Below are positions 50,867 to 64,000 of a stretch of DNA of 64,000 bases, in pieces. Within the stretch, counting starts at the first letter, position 1. The number at the start of each line of letters is the position of its first letter. This DNA is from Bugula neritina (Eukaryota > Animalia > Bryozoa): NCBI GenBank assembly GCA_964035545.1, contig OZ037766.1, forward strand, positions 6,004,722-6,068,721, in the 5' to 3' direction. Position numbers and translations under genes: made by a program. The notes under the pieces were generated by a model. The model saw only the letters and a list, made by a program, of their open reading frames with translations, was not told the origin of the DNA and ran no database searches.

Positions 50867-52976
50867 CACATAGAGAGAACCTCCACACGAATCTGTACAC
50901 TGTCCCCTCAGTGATTTAGCCTCTCCATATCACAGTAAGGTTTGGTGGTGTGAAAAGTAATCATATCACACAGTACATGAGCAAAATTCAAATATTTACC
51001 CTGTCAAGGAGCATGAGTTGCCAAGGATTAGGTTTGTGTGAACTGTCACGCAATCCATTAATATAACTATTATACGTATCAGTGTGTCATTCTATAACTA
51101 ATCATCGAATATTGCATGTTGAACATTATTAATACCTTTTATCAAACAGTGCAATATGAACCTATACATCCTATATATTTGTTTATCTCAACTGTTCTAC
51201 TTCTAATAGAGTAATAATGAAATATTGTTGGCCTGAGTGCTTTCTTTTGTTTTTCTGTAGTGTCAACAACTACGCAAATAATTTCTCTTTAAACAAGTCA
51301 TAAACCAATCAATCAATGTTATTTTATCAAAGGTATTGAACAAATACTTGCTATTATACTAGCTACATAAAAATTTTATAATGCCTAACCAAACGACATT
51401 TAGATTAGTAATATTAAGTTCTTTATTGCCAATTTTCTTACAGGTAGAGCACAAAGATCGGTGAGTGGTCGTTACTTTGATCAAGATTCAATGCTTGTTG
51501 CTTTTGACCCCCAAGTAGTAAACATTTAATACATGTTCAAACTTACAATACAAATTTTTGCTTTCATAGATTATTAATTTCAATAGACAAATTGTGCAAT
51601 ATTTTATAGGCAGTACCATTTACGTGTCATATATTTTGTGAGCAGGTGTATGTTTGTAGGCAAACCATATGAAGAATATGATCTCTGGGGTGCATAGTTT
51701 TAGTATTATTAGGCCTTTTACAAAATTTGCTTTTTCTTTTTATGGTACCAGCTTTATATAATACTTTGTAGGGTTCAAATTGCATGCTTATAGCATTTTG
51801 ACTTAAGCTATGCATTGATCAACTGAATTTTATATTGCTTTATATTCATTTCACTTCAAATTATTGCAATAGGCTTAGTACTTGCATCACTTGAGATATA
51901 TGCTCAGTTTCATAAGTGCTTTAATATTAAATTTAAAATGTTAAACAGCTTAATTAGGTTGTAATATAGCCTGATGAGTCAACATGGTCACCAAAATAGT
52001 TACAGTGTAGTAAATATATTTAAATAAATTACTTAAACTGATTCTTATATCTTTTAAAAACTGGAACAGAAAAGTTCTAATTGTTCCTTTCACTGTAGCA
52101 ACAAAACTTTCAATTTTGGTTATACTTTTATAAAAAGTGAAACAACTCCATGGCCCAGTAACTCACTTATAAAGAGAGACAACTCCTTGACAATGTACAG
52201 TATTTTTCCTTCAAAGCGTTGTAAAAGATTTCTTTGCTTTAATTAATACTAAATGGTGCTACTAGATGTATCAAATCAACAATTGAAGTAACTAATGTTA
52301 CTTATTAAGCAATTTAAACGATCATTTTCTGCCTTTTGGCTGTGACACCATTGATTGATTCTGTTTCATCAGTTTCCACAATATGCAATAAATATAAAGA
52401 TTATATGCTCATGAATAGGAGTATAAGAGTAAAAAACTTACTTTTATTTTATGATTTTATAATTACACAATTTTTCATCAAATGATTATGGAAGGGTATG
52501 TGTAAAGGTCACACCTGACAGTTAAGCAGCGCAAATAATAGGGTAGACAACTCTGTATTATTGTTCCTATTTGGAGACCACATATGCAATAATATGTAGT
52601 ATGTAAATTACAGTATATTATGTATTAAATACACTATCTACAGTTCATATATAAATATACACAGGTGTCTAACATACATGAGGGTTATCATTTTGTAATA
52701 TATAGGAAGTCAAAAGCATGTCTATAAAGAATTGATTTTGTAAGATAATAGTTAATAGTTAATAGTTTTGTGGGGACATTGCATCAACTTTCTACATTAT
52801 GTATCTGTAATGAAACATTTCTTTAGGTACAGCAGCTTGCTTATATAATAATCTGTTCTACTTTGTTTCTGAAGTTGCCTCCTAGCTACTTTAGCTCCTT
52901 GTGCATTTAACATAAAGTTAAAGTTGTCTTCTCATATCTGAGTAATCGCTTTTAGTTCAACAGCTATATATAATTA

Positions 52977-53400
52977 TACAAGATGGGGGTAATTCATTTT
53001 TGCATAGTAATGGTTTTGTAAATGATCAGCATCAGGTTATAATTTTAAACTGTTGAAACTATCACTTTATCCACTACACCATGAGCTAAAAGTTTAACAT
53101 TTATGTCCTAAAAGTGTATTAAAATATTACTTTAATGCACTTTTAAGACATGAATGTTAATTTTTTGTCAACAACCAGGACGTGTATTTATTAAATGTAC
53201 AAAAACAGCTACATCAGCTTGGTTATCCTAAAATAGTGTCATTGTTCACAGTAAAGTTTGCTCAGCTAAATTATTACTAATATGGGAAATTTTTAGCTGA
53301 TGGTGTGATGGATAAATTGATATTCTCAGCAGTTTAAAATTATGGCCTGATGCTCATCATTTACAGATCTATTACTATGCAAAAATTAACTGCCCCTGTA
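52977..53400. mobile_element. Old Tc1/mariner-like MITE with ~120-bp diverged TIRs
   Basis: Left arm taca..gggggtaattcatttttgcatagtaat..gtaaatgatcagcatcagg..ataattttaaactg..ttatcca..acaccat.agctaaaa pairs with the right arm ending aaaaattaactgcccctgta; TA termini. Confidence 0.7.
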
Positions 53401-54851
53401 TGTATGGCACCAGTATTTTGTATGTTTCTGTTGTGGAAGCTTCCATATTGTTCGACACTTCATTTGTTAATTTACAGTCTTATCAAACACCCAACTTAAG
53501 CGCTCCAATTAGAATAATATATCAACTTTTGATAGCCTTAGGCAATAATCACGCCATCCAAATATTTTCAGCAAGTAGACACATGTTGCATTCTTAAAGC
53601 TAATAAAAATGGACAACGGCAACTCACACTTTGCTAACTGTAAACACCTTTGAATGCTTCTAAACAGGTAAACTTTACCTCTAGCAATTTTGATAGTGTA
53701 TATTATTTTTATTTTTCAAGACAACAACGAAATAAACAAGCAACAATATAGTTCACTATGACTTATGTATACACAATGTACAAAATTACCTTGCATATAA
53801 ATAAAGCAATATAATACAGTATACGCAATATACTGACTAGAAGAATTACTATATTGGCTTTAATCCGATTTGATTGAGTAAACATGTTATTTTTTAATTT
53901 GACATCAAAAATAAGCACCTGTTAAACCTGGCACCTTTCTTTAATGTAAAAATTTTATAAGATTAATATTTGCATCAGCAGTACGATATTATAGAATGAA
54001 TCATAAACATAAAACAAGTAAATATTTAATAGTATTTCTAATGCAGTTGAGAAGCTGTTTATACGTGAATGGCTAAACAAAAGAATAAATTTTTTTGAGT
54101 GTTCCATTTCAGCCACTTGTTGACCGCACTTTTTGTGATACTAAAAAAGAAACAAATGAACTTGAATTACTACCAAAAATATTATTGTGCTACTTTTGCC
54201 CTAGACTATTTCCAGTATTTGTCTCATTCACTCGGTTCATTATGCTAGCAGCTTTGAAATTAATAACAAAACATATTTAAAAATTCTTAAAATAGGTTGT
54301 AGCTACTAGACTATATAACAATAAGCTGAGTATAGTGAACAGAGCCTATAATTATTAACGCTAAAGTATGCAAAGTGTACTCTGAATTTATAGTAAAACT
54401 TACTAGTAATTTAATAGATATCCTATGCCTCTAAGAGTTGATCACCAGCATCCTCGTTATCAGGTTCAATATTTAATTGTAAAAACTAATTAATTATTAT
54501 TAAGTTATCAAACAAACAAGAAAAATAATCATAAATTAAAAATATGTGCATTGAGTTAAAATTCACTTCTCAAAATGAATTATCTGATTGTCATTCAAAA
54601 ATTATTTCTACCATAGGATTTAGAAGCTAGAAAAACTAACTGTTGGTAATATTTGAGGAGAATTTATTCCTGGTTTGAGTTTTACTTATACCAGTCTACA
54701 ACTATTGTGTATGATAACCAAAAGCTAAATTATTTCACTAAGTAAATTAAGAGTCAGATTTCTAACATCTACCACACTTTGATAGGATTCAAGATTTATT
54801 GTGATACATCAATTAACAATATTCACTGTTCTACATAAGTTATATGTCTAC

Positions 54852-56298
54852 CTGAATTATAAGCTTTGGGAACCTCAGTGACTCTCAATTTTCTCAACAT
54901 GGAACAGGGTTTCTGAGACAATTTATTCCATCCTAAAACAAACGTTAACTTAATACAAATTCAACGTTAATCCAACTGTAAAACAAAGAGTACATAAAGC
55001 TATGAACTGATATATATATATATATATACACACGTTATTATAGCTTATATATTATCAGTGAACTTCAGATAGTTTATCAAATTTCATAGACTCATAACAA
55101 CATGACCTCTTGTTCTTAACACCAATTGTCTTTTCTGTCTTAAATGACGCCTTGTAAATACTTAAATGATCTTTTATTTTAAATAATCCAAAAGATTTCT
55201 GACTTTTTTCTACTTTTGTTCATGTCTGCTTATTATGGCCGGTATTTACTCTAAATTTTGAAATATGTTTTCATATCTGTGATAGGTAATCAATCAATCA
55301 ATTATAATAATTTGCTGTATTTAATCCTAATATTATGCAATTCTTCCTCTTTATGAGTGAGGATTTGGCAAATGGGGTAAGTAAACACTAGAGAAAACTA
55401 AAAAAGAGCTTTTCTGAATATGAGATATAAAACTCCAACACTTACTTTGTTTAGCTGTGTCCTTATCAAATCCCAAACAGGCCACCAGCAGTGGTATAAC
55501 CATAGCTCCTATAACTCCACACAAGACCCCATCTCCATACTTCAAATGGTTATTGTCATCACAATCTGCATCTACCTGTGTCTGCTGATTACGTTGTAAA
55601 GTCTCAGTCGATGACCTAGTTGAATCCTTTGCCTTATTTGGTCGTTCTGCTTTCAAGTATTTGAAATATTCTAAAAAGAGATAAGAGATTGTAGGGTTTA
55701 TTGAGTTGACTAGATTATTAATTTTTCGTCAAAGTTCTACAGTCACAGTTCTCAAGTTTACACGACACTTACACTATACTTACACTATATTTATATTACA
55801 TTTACACTATAATTACACTATACTTACACTATATTTACACCATACTTACACTATATTTACATTATATTTACACTATACTTACACTATATTTACATTATAT
55901 TTACACTATACTTACACTATGCTTACACTGTATTTAAACCTTACTTACACTATACTTGCACTGTGTTTATATTACATTTACACTAAATTTACATCATACT
56001 TACCATCACAATAACTATCTTTACATACACTGGTAAGCCTAGATTGTCCACACCGCTCAAAACATGAGAAGAATCCTCCTTCTAGAACAATTCCGCAGCT
56101 CCTCTTGAAGTCCCCGTGATTTTGCAGCTCTACATTTTTGCAATGCTTATCTTTCCATTCTAAGGGGCTTTTTGGAGCAATTATTTCTTCAGTTTCGTCT
56201 GATAAAATCTTGAAATCATTGCCCTGTGCTCCAGTTGGAAGCATAAGTAAATATATTGCTAGAAGAAGCATTCCAATGCCCATAAATTCACTATCCAT
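54852..56298 (-). CDS. Type-I membrane protein A: signal peptide, small Cys-rich ectodomain, stalk and TM helix; 3' end unresolved
   Basis: Exons 56298-56004, 55670-55446 and 54932-54852 join in phase 1. The terminal exon is uncertain (candidates near 54695 or 54485-54423). Signal MGIGMLLLAIYLLMLPTGAQG; GDFKRSC...SCFERC-x8-CKDSYC|; TM GVLCGVIGAMVIPLLVACLGF. Confidence 0.75.
55758..55985. repeat. 11-bp-based intronic minisatellite (ttacactatac/ttacactatat)
   Basis: Directly visible; fills most of the intron after the donor at 56003 and generates the spurious ORF 55706-56014. Confidence 0.9.
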
Positions 56299-56329
56299 TT
56301 TACCTTTGCTCTAAAACAGACATAAAAAT

Positions 56330-56495
56330 ACAGCCATGGTCTAGTAAACAGCCTGGACAAAGGCTATTGGTGATGTTAGGAAGAGCATCCAGTCATATTT
56401 GCTCCTGTGCCTCATTTAAACAAGTCCTTAGCCCACTTTAACAAAAACCCCTTCCATCAGGGGTTTCTCACAGGGATAGTGACGGTAAACTTGCA
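56330..56495 (+). mobile_element. tRNA-derived SINE, family A, copy 3 (head partly deleted)
   Basis: tggtctagt..aaaggctattggtgatgttaggaagagcatccagtcata..gtccttagcc..ttccatc..ctcacagggatagtgac, collinear with 2211-2392. Confidence 0.75.
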
Positions 56496-57340
56496 TGAGT
56501 TTTTTTAAAGCAGACATAAAAATGTGATTTCCTTTTACATTACATCACTATATTTCTACTCTACTTAGATGTTTCACTATTTTTTGCTAGTTAGAATTTT
56601 CTTTAAGATTCAGCCTTGTAATGAGTAACTGTGCCAACAAAATATAAAGTTTTAAAAATTAAAAAATAGTTTAATATACATACAGTGATAACCAGTTTCA
56701 ACAGTTCTGATTAGCCAATATGTTAGTCAGTTTCGAATTTGAATGTCGTGGTAATTTTTATTGACTTTTAAAGCTTCCAGAATACTCACATTTGACCTTC
56801 GCTGCTTTACCTTGAATTTATTTAGCTTTTTTAATCTTTGACTTTGTATTCCCTTCTAGCTGATCTAATCAAAGAATAACTAAAATATAGTTTCTAGTAC
56901 TTTATAACGTACGACTTGATTTGACCAAAGCTCTGAAACTTATGCTCCATCACTATTAGTATTATGAATGACTAATATATTATTTTACTCTCTATGCATG
57001 TCTTTTATGCATTTAATAATAGACTAACAAAAGCATTATTATATTGGCTAACAGAACAACTTCAGTCAACAAGTGCTTTAGCTCCTACTAACCTTTAGTG
57101 CATGCTGTAATATATTTGTTTTTCATGTTTACATTTTATTTTCACTGTGTAATATTTGAGGACTCTATATTTATTTTCAGCCACAAAGTCTTGCTGTACT
57201 TAATTACTTACATGTTGTATAATATAGGACTAAAATGTTGAGTAGTTTTATTTGCAGAATATTATATTTGCTAGAAGTGAAATATAAGCCATTTTACTAT
57301 ATTATCCATGTATATTCACTTATACATTAACTTGTCATCA

Positions 57341-59417
57341 TAGCAGTTTCAAATACCACAACCATATGATTTTTCTCCCAACCAACTACAACTATAGCTG
57401 TAGAAAAAGTGACTTGAAGTTATTAATGAAACATTTTTTAAATTGGCAAGTAATCAACTGTCGTCAACTAATCAAATTGTTAACTGTGTCAAAACTGGGA
57501 CTTACACTGATCTGTAAGAATGCAACCGCATACCTGATGATGTTAGCTGTTCCCAGAAAAACTAGCAATGTACTTAAAGGTCTGAACTTGGCTAGTAGTA
57601 TTAAATGTTGATCAGTATTTTTCAGTAAACACACCTTAACCAGTTATGTATAGCAAGCTACTGTATGTTCATTGTTCTCTAAAATTGAATTGCTTCAATA
57701 CACTGAAAAGTAAACACAGCAACCAAATTCATCATCGTGCTAATACAGTGGGGCTGGTAACTAGTACCCAAAACTGTTTGGCGCTACTAACCTAATACTT
57801 CAACTAGGCTATGCTCAACAAACATGGCTGCCCGAGGATAATGGTGCTGGGTTTGCATTGTTGACCAGCTGCTCAAAGTTTGTGGACAAATACTGTTTAC
57901 AATATTAGTTATAGATCATATAAAAATAAACTATGTGCACCTAAATTTCGAAAGGATACAGGTGTGATTAAGTAAATGATTAAATAACCAGAAAGAATAA
58001 ATTCCATGTAATCACTATAAGTCATGAACATAGAGGATATCAAAAACAAAATAAGAAAATACGAGTGTTATTCATAGCATCTATAAACTACATCCATAGG
58101 CACAATAACATTGTAAATATTCTTTACCACTCCTTATGCTAAGAAATATTTTCAACTAATAAATACAATGTTAAAGCTATTGAACAGTTCAAAATGAATA
58201 GAATTCAGTGCAATGCAAATACTATTATAGCCGTAAATCTGCAGGAGGTATTATAACAAAAAAATAGACAAAAGCTAATTTGCAACTATTGACATATAAC
58301 TTGTGAGTTTTAATCTAGCACTTGCAACTATTAAAACAGGCCAAGTTGCTTGTTTGTTTAACCACGTGGGAGTGGAATGAGATGCTTGCCATTTCAAGTC
58401 AATGAGTTCATTATTATTACATCAGAACCTTTAGTTGTCTGGCCAACAATGTACCTACTTAACATATTTAATTAATTGCTCCAACCAACAGAAACTTTTT
58501 TATAAATTGATCATTGCAATCAGTACATTGCATACCTGAGAATAACTATAACAGGTTTTTCCTTAGGAAAATTCTAGAACAACATATTAACCACATGATG
58601 CTATAAATATGATGAAATTGAAGATAAGGACTTAGAGTTTAAATGTATATGATAAGTTAAAGCCTGCAATATTGACTCTAGAAAAATTTCCTCTTTCTGT
58701 ATAGTTTCTTTCTACTATGTAGATTGTCAACATCTTAAAAAGTAAAAAACTTATAGTGATTACATGGAATTTATTCTTTCTGGTTATTTAATCATTTACT
58801 TAATCACACCTGTATCCTTTTGAAATTTAGGTGCACATAGTTTATTTTTATATGATCTATAACTAATATTGTAAACAGTATTTGTCCACAAACTTTGAGC
58901 AGCTGGTCAACAATACAAACCCAGCACCATTATCCTCGGGCAGCCATGTTTGTTGAGCATAGCCTAGTTGAAGTATTAGGTTAGTAGCGCCAAACAGTTT
59001 TCGGTACTAGTTACCAACCCCACTGTATTAGCACGATGATGAATTTGGTTGCTGTGTTTACTTTTCAGTGTATTGAAGCAATTCAATTTTAGAGAACAAT
59101 GAACATACAGTAGCTTGCTATACATAACTGGTTAAGGTGTGTTTACTGAAAAATACTGATCAACATTTAATACTAGCCAAGTTCAAACCTTCAAGTACAT
59201 TGCTAGTTTTTCTGGGAACAGCTAACATCATCAGGTATGCGGTTGCATTCTTACAGATCAGTCTAAGTCCCAGTTTGACAATTTGATTAGTTGACGACAG
59301 TTGATTACTTGCCAATTTGAAAAATGTTTCACTAATAACTTCAAGTCACTTTTTCTACAGCTATAGTTGTAGTTGGTTGAGAGAAAAATCATATGGTTGT
59401 GGTATTTGAAACTGCTA
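57341..59417. mobile_element. Foldback-type element, ~2.08 kb: inverted arms 57341-58022 and 58749-59417 with a 726-bp spacer
   Basis: The arms are near-perfect reverse complements with a few substitutions and small indels. Outer ends are TAGCAGTTTCAAATACC ... GGTATTTGAAACTGCTA (possible TA TSD). No transposase ORF. Confidence 0.85.
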
Positions 59418-61391
59418 ATGCATCAGATTCCTATATGTCTCATTTCTTTTTCTCTGTAGTCATATAGTTATCATTATCATAATATTACAGACAGCTATAA
59501 TTATAATTTTGAAAAGCTAGTTACAGCAAGGGTGTTTTGGGAATAGTAAATCTTAAATGCTCAAATGACGGTAGCCTTCACACTTTAAGATAAAAAGCAA
59601 ATGACATTTGATTCAAACTGATTCAAACTAATTTGCATCACTGTTTTGGCTGGAAAACCAAAATTCCCATGTCATTGTTGACGTCAAAGTCATGGGACCA
59701 CAAATAGCTGACCACACCCATTCCTCTTCAGTGCAATGTTTTGATCGCAGCTAAATGTAGTGTATTTGTTTTCATAACCACTAACTGTTGCTCAACATAA
59801 GTAAAAATATGTGTTATCATATTTTGTCAACACAAAAAATGTTTAGGTAATATTTGCATACAATAGTATGTTTTTTAATTCTTTGTTTAATATTATTTGG
59901 TTGTTGAAGGTTTATGAAAAATTTTAACACCTTCAAATTTATTATTTGACACATAAAAACCTTAGTTATTATCTCATTTAAGTCTAGGATCACCTCAAGT
60001 TTATCGATAAACTATAATAATAATTATAAATAGTTTTTTACCATTTCCAGTTGGTTTTTTACTTCGTGGGTTGCTTAACAGTAGAAGATCTTGTTTGAGA
60101 TTATAGGCCTGTTTATTGTTTAAAGCTTATTAAGCTATATTTAAAGCTTATTAAGCTACAAAAGCATTGTGGTTTCTAAACTTATTATAGTTTCTATGTT
60201 TTCATGAAAAAATAACTCAATACATTGGGTTTCTCTCCTTAGCTGGATTTATACACCTTTATTAGAAGTCTATATGGGTTGACTTTGGTTACTGCAAAAT
60301 AGAGCATTTTTTAAAGTTGCCCAAATAATTGCAAATTCTACTAGTTACACCTCTACTAGCTAGCCCTATTATAGCTACACCTCTACTAGTTAGCCCTACT
60401 AACTACTGTTGTGCATGCACTTCCAGTTCATGTTTCTTATCTCCTCTAAGCAAACTTTGTCATTCATGCTAAAATTATTATAGTAGGTATATAAAAAGAT
60501 ACAAAAACATTATTACCTATTAGCATCTGAAGGTACAAGTGATAATAATCCTATTGCAGATACTGATATTAAAAATCACAACTATTTTATGCATTAGTCA
60601 AAGTAGCCAACAACTACTAATGCTGAATAATATTATGTAGGTTTACTCTTTGTATTTGACTCCAACCTAATATTGTCAGATATTTAAAATCTACCATACC
60701 GAATGGCTTGACAGCATTGTGATTGTAGTTTTGTGATATTTAGGGTCATTATGAGCACATAATTAAGGCAAAAAGATTCTTTTCAGAGTGTAATTAAATT
60801 CTGTAGCGCTTTCAGCTAACGGCACATTAACAGACTTTGCTTACTGGGTTACTGTTAACAACTAACTATCCTGAGCTCATTTAGATTTTACTACACCAAC
60901 ACCAGCTAAACTATTGTTTTATACCTGGTACACTGCAACTACTGTGGACTTATGCAAATGAATATGAATCTAAACTAAAATGTATACAACAAACTCAAAA
61001 TTAGAAGTAATTGTATAAATAAAGGATGATTGAATAAATATCCTCATGGATAAAGAAGTATTTTTTATTATAAAATTCTTCTGCCTTGAGTTATACAATT
61101 AAAACTTGTAATTTTGGTGTAAAGCGTTTAGATAACAGTATAGCAATTGAATTAAATTTATTTCCAATGTATTAGGAAAAAAGCTCGTCATTTTTTGAAA
61201 CAATATTATGAATATTATAATTATTATTTATGTAGTTTTATAATTTTTACAGTGCACAAAAACTACCATTCAATACGATATTTCATATAAGAGTATATTG
61301 TTTAAAAGTTTGGAGATATTAAATCCTGCTGCACGAGATTTTAAAGCTTGTAGAACAGTTCTAAGGGCAGCTAATAACAGTAACTTAAATA

Positions 61392-63967
61392 CTAGGCTTT
61401 GGAATCTAAAGATTGTAAATCTGCATTACTATAAGTTGTTTTACTAAAATCTGCACCCTTATTGGGGAGCATTTCACAGTCACTGTCTACGTTACCATCT
61501 TCCTCGGCATCTCTTAAAATCCTCGCTGCACCTACAATTATTGTGAATAAGTATTCACAGATAAATATTGAGATAAATTTGAATCTTTTCATGCCAAGTG
61601 TCAAACCACGAATATGTTGAACCACTACAGTCTGTAATATTTAAACGAAAGATTCTGCTGCAAGTTATGAGATTAAGTAAACTTATATTACGGTCTTCTT
61701 TTAAGATCTACTACACATCTAAGTTGATATAATCATAAAATACTTTAAGAACTGAGGTTAGTATTATACTGAGTATAGTTGCTACATACCATGCTTGAAT
61801 AATGCTGTGTAACCAGAAGCTGTATTAGAAGATGGAGGGGTTCTAATACTGTTTGACCTTCTGCCTGTTAAATTATAGCACATATGACAGAGTTAAATGC
61901 TGAATAGATTATTTAATGAGCAGAAATTGCATCAATTTATAATAGCTTTATAGTTTTACATGTATCTCAACTTAGATCTCATTTTTGGAAATTTTATTGA
62001 CAAATTACTTACTTTTTCTATGGAGACAGCAACAGAAACAGGAACTGATAAAGGAATTGATGATGGAAACACATCTTGGTATCGTACAACGTGGCAGGTA
62101 GTATATCATGACTGAAACTAAGTAATAGATGCAAGGTAATAAATAGTTAAGAGTTTTATAGATTTGTTTCAATGAAGTTTTACTGACAGCAACAACTTAG
62201 GCTGTGCAGTATATTATATGGTACACTCACCAATACAAAACAATGCAAAATTCCCTGCTAAAGATATAAAAAATGGTATCTTGTATGGGTGATCTGTAGA
62301 CTCCCCTTCTGCCTGGTAACTTATCTTTTCCTTAGACATATGTTTGTCATCAGAATTTTGTGCCGGCGTGGTCTTCTGAGATTTGGATGAATTTGGTGGA
62401 CTCGTGGTTATAAGAGTGTCTTCACATGCTTCCAAAAAGTCTACAATTAGTTTATCTTATTAATATTGAAGATAACAATTTAGCATTATTGATTAAAGTA
62501 GCACAAGAGTCATTTTGAATGGATGCTTTTATAACATTGTTACAATACTTTGTTGGAGAACAGTAGAAATGCTAAGAGCACCTCTAGATACTAGGCCTCA
62601 GTTAATTTTTTATCTTCTAATATAGTGGAAAAGAGGTAGCAGAAGTACATGCTATAGAAGCTGTAAGCATTTGCCATTTTTGTCACGACGTTAATTGCAC
62701 TGGCTCATATCTCATTATCTGCTGAGTGTGCTTTATATTTGGATGTAGTTTGTATAGTTACTGCGAGTAAGCCAGCCATTGAAACATTGAATGAAAGTTT
62801 ACTGTATTTTTTCTGGTGTAGCAAATGTTGTCTTTGTGCACTTTCCATAAACTAAAGATGACAGACCAAAAATAAAGCTACAATTAAAACCTCTGCATCT
62901 ATCTCACAGGGATCAAATCAAATGCCATTAATTTTGTTCCAGTGAAACTCTTATAGAACATAATTTGTAGACCTGTAATAGTTTCTTGCAACTGATCCTA
63001 ATTGTAAAATATTCAGTATACTGAGCTACTAGGTATAGTACTCTGTAGTAATGACTAGTTGAACAGGTTATATGGTGAACAAGTCTGGTGTACTCACTTC
63101 CACAGTACCCTCGGCACTGGCCTGATTTCACATTTTTCTTGCACAAAATGTAGCATGACTTTTTGCTCTTTGCCTCCCCATACAAACAACAGTTGGTTTC
63201 GAAGTCCCCAGATGTAGAATTGATTGACTTGCATTCCAGACTCGTGTATCTACATGGAACAGGTTCTGCTTTTATCTGTAGCATCAATGAAGCTGTCAAC
63301 ACCAGTGGCAGCATCAGCTCTATCAGAGTTTTCTACAAATTTAATGCTTTTAAAATTATATGAGCCTCTTAAGTAAACGGTTAAAGTTAAAATATTTATT
63401 TACACTTTTAATTGCCCTTCAGAGCAGTTTTACATATTCAGCGTTCCCAATTCATTTTAAGCTACTTATAGTAGATGAATAAGATTGGGACTATAACCCA
63501 CACTGGAAAATGACTAAGCGTTCTTTGAGAAAACTATAGAGCCTCTTAAATTCTACTTGAATTGGGTCATCTTACATTACCCAGCCTTGATAATTATTAT
63601 TATTATTATTATAGAGTTAAAAAATTGGATATGCCACTAGCTCCATAAGCTAACATTGATTTATCTGATTGAAGCATCATATAGTATGGTCAACTAATTC
63701 AGTTGGGTTTCTAATAAAATATACAGTGGAACTTTAAGCTGCAACCCATCAGACATGTGATCTAAGATGGAGAATATTGACTGAATAAAGAACTCAATCT
63801 ACTAAGTCAAATTTGTTTGATCAGTTTGACAGGGATTATTATTCAACAGATTATTTCACAAGATCTAGCTTTAGTTTAAAATAGCATAATATTATATTTA
63901 TACTGCTTCGGACCTCTTCCTACATTACTTATGCGTATAAATAGTTTAAACTTACCCTGGATACCAT
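61392..63967 (-). CDS. Type-I membrane protein B (paralog of A), ~256 aa, 6 exons
   Basis: Exons 63967-63956 (ATG in GCCATGG context, MVSR), 63332-63098, 62440-62231, 62111-62013, 61864-61790, 61531-61392; 771 nt with consistent phases. Signal peptide; GDFETNCC...SCYILC-x8-CRGYC|; Ser/Thr/Pro stalk; TM IPFFISLAGNFALFCIVMIYYL; cytoplasmic CFCCC cluster. Confidence 0.8.
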
Positions 63968-64000
63968 GGCGGTCTGCATGCGGCTTGTCAGCTAAGAGGT

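Overview
AT-rich, intron-rich animal (invertebrate) genomic DNA; the species cannot be determined from the sequence. Gene models were assembled by hand from GT-AG sites with consistent intron phases. In order: an SLC23/NAT-family transporter (-, 14 coding exons, 311-8600); a 72-aa mitoregulin-like microprotein (-, 10978-11196), divergent from a TM6SF1/2-like gene (+, 8 exons, 13579-17586); a CCP2/CCP3 (AGBL2/3)-like cytosolic carboxypeptidase (-, 23 coding exons, 18537-40072); an orphan 2-exon disordered protein with acidic heptad repeats (-, 48198-50866); and two tandem paralogous type-I membrane proteins with a small Cys-rich ectodomain whose spacing resembles the BCMA/TACI/Grindelwald CRD (-, ~54852-56298 and 61392-63967). 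The largest structural feature is a pair of near-identical ~5.3-kb TTAA-flanked Kolobok-type DNA transposons in direct orientation (27466-32727 and 41065-46403). Each carries convergent remnants of a KolX/P2X7-ballast-like gene and a transposase. Together they bracket the probable promoter and all catalytic exons of the carboxypeptidase, in a composite-transposon-like arrangement. Also present: a hAT-derived element, a 2.1-kb foldback element with ~680-bp arms, a Tc1-like MITE, tRNA-derived SINEs, several intronic minisatellites, and 3-bp-periodic, palindrome-rich tracts near inferred gene 5' ends. No CRISPR arrays, rRNA genes or intact tRNA genes were seen. Family assignments come from recalled motifs, not database searches.
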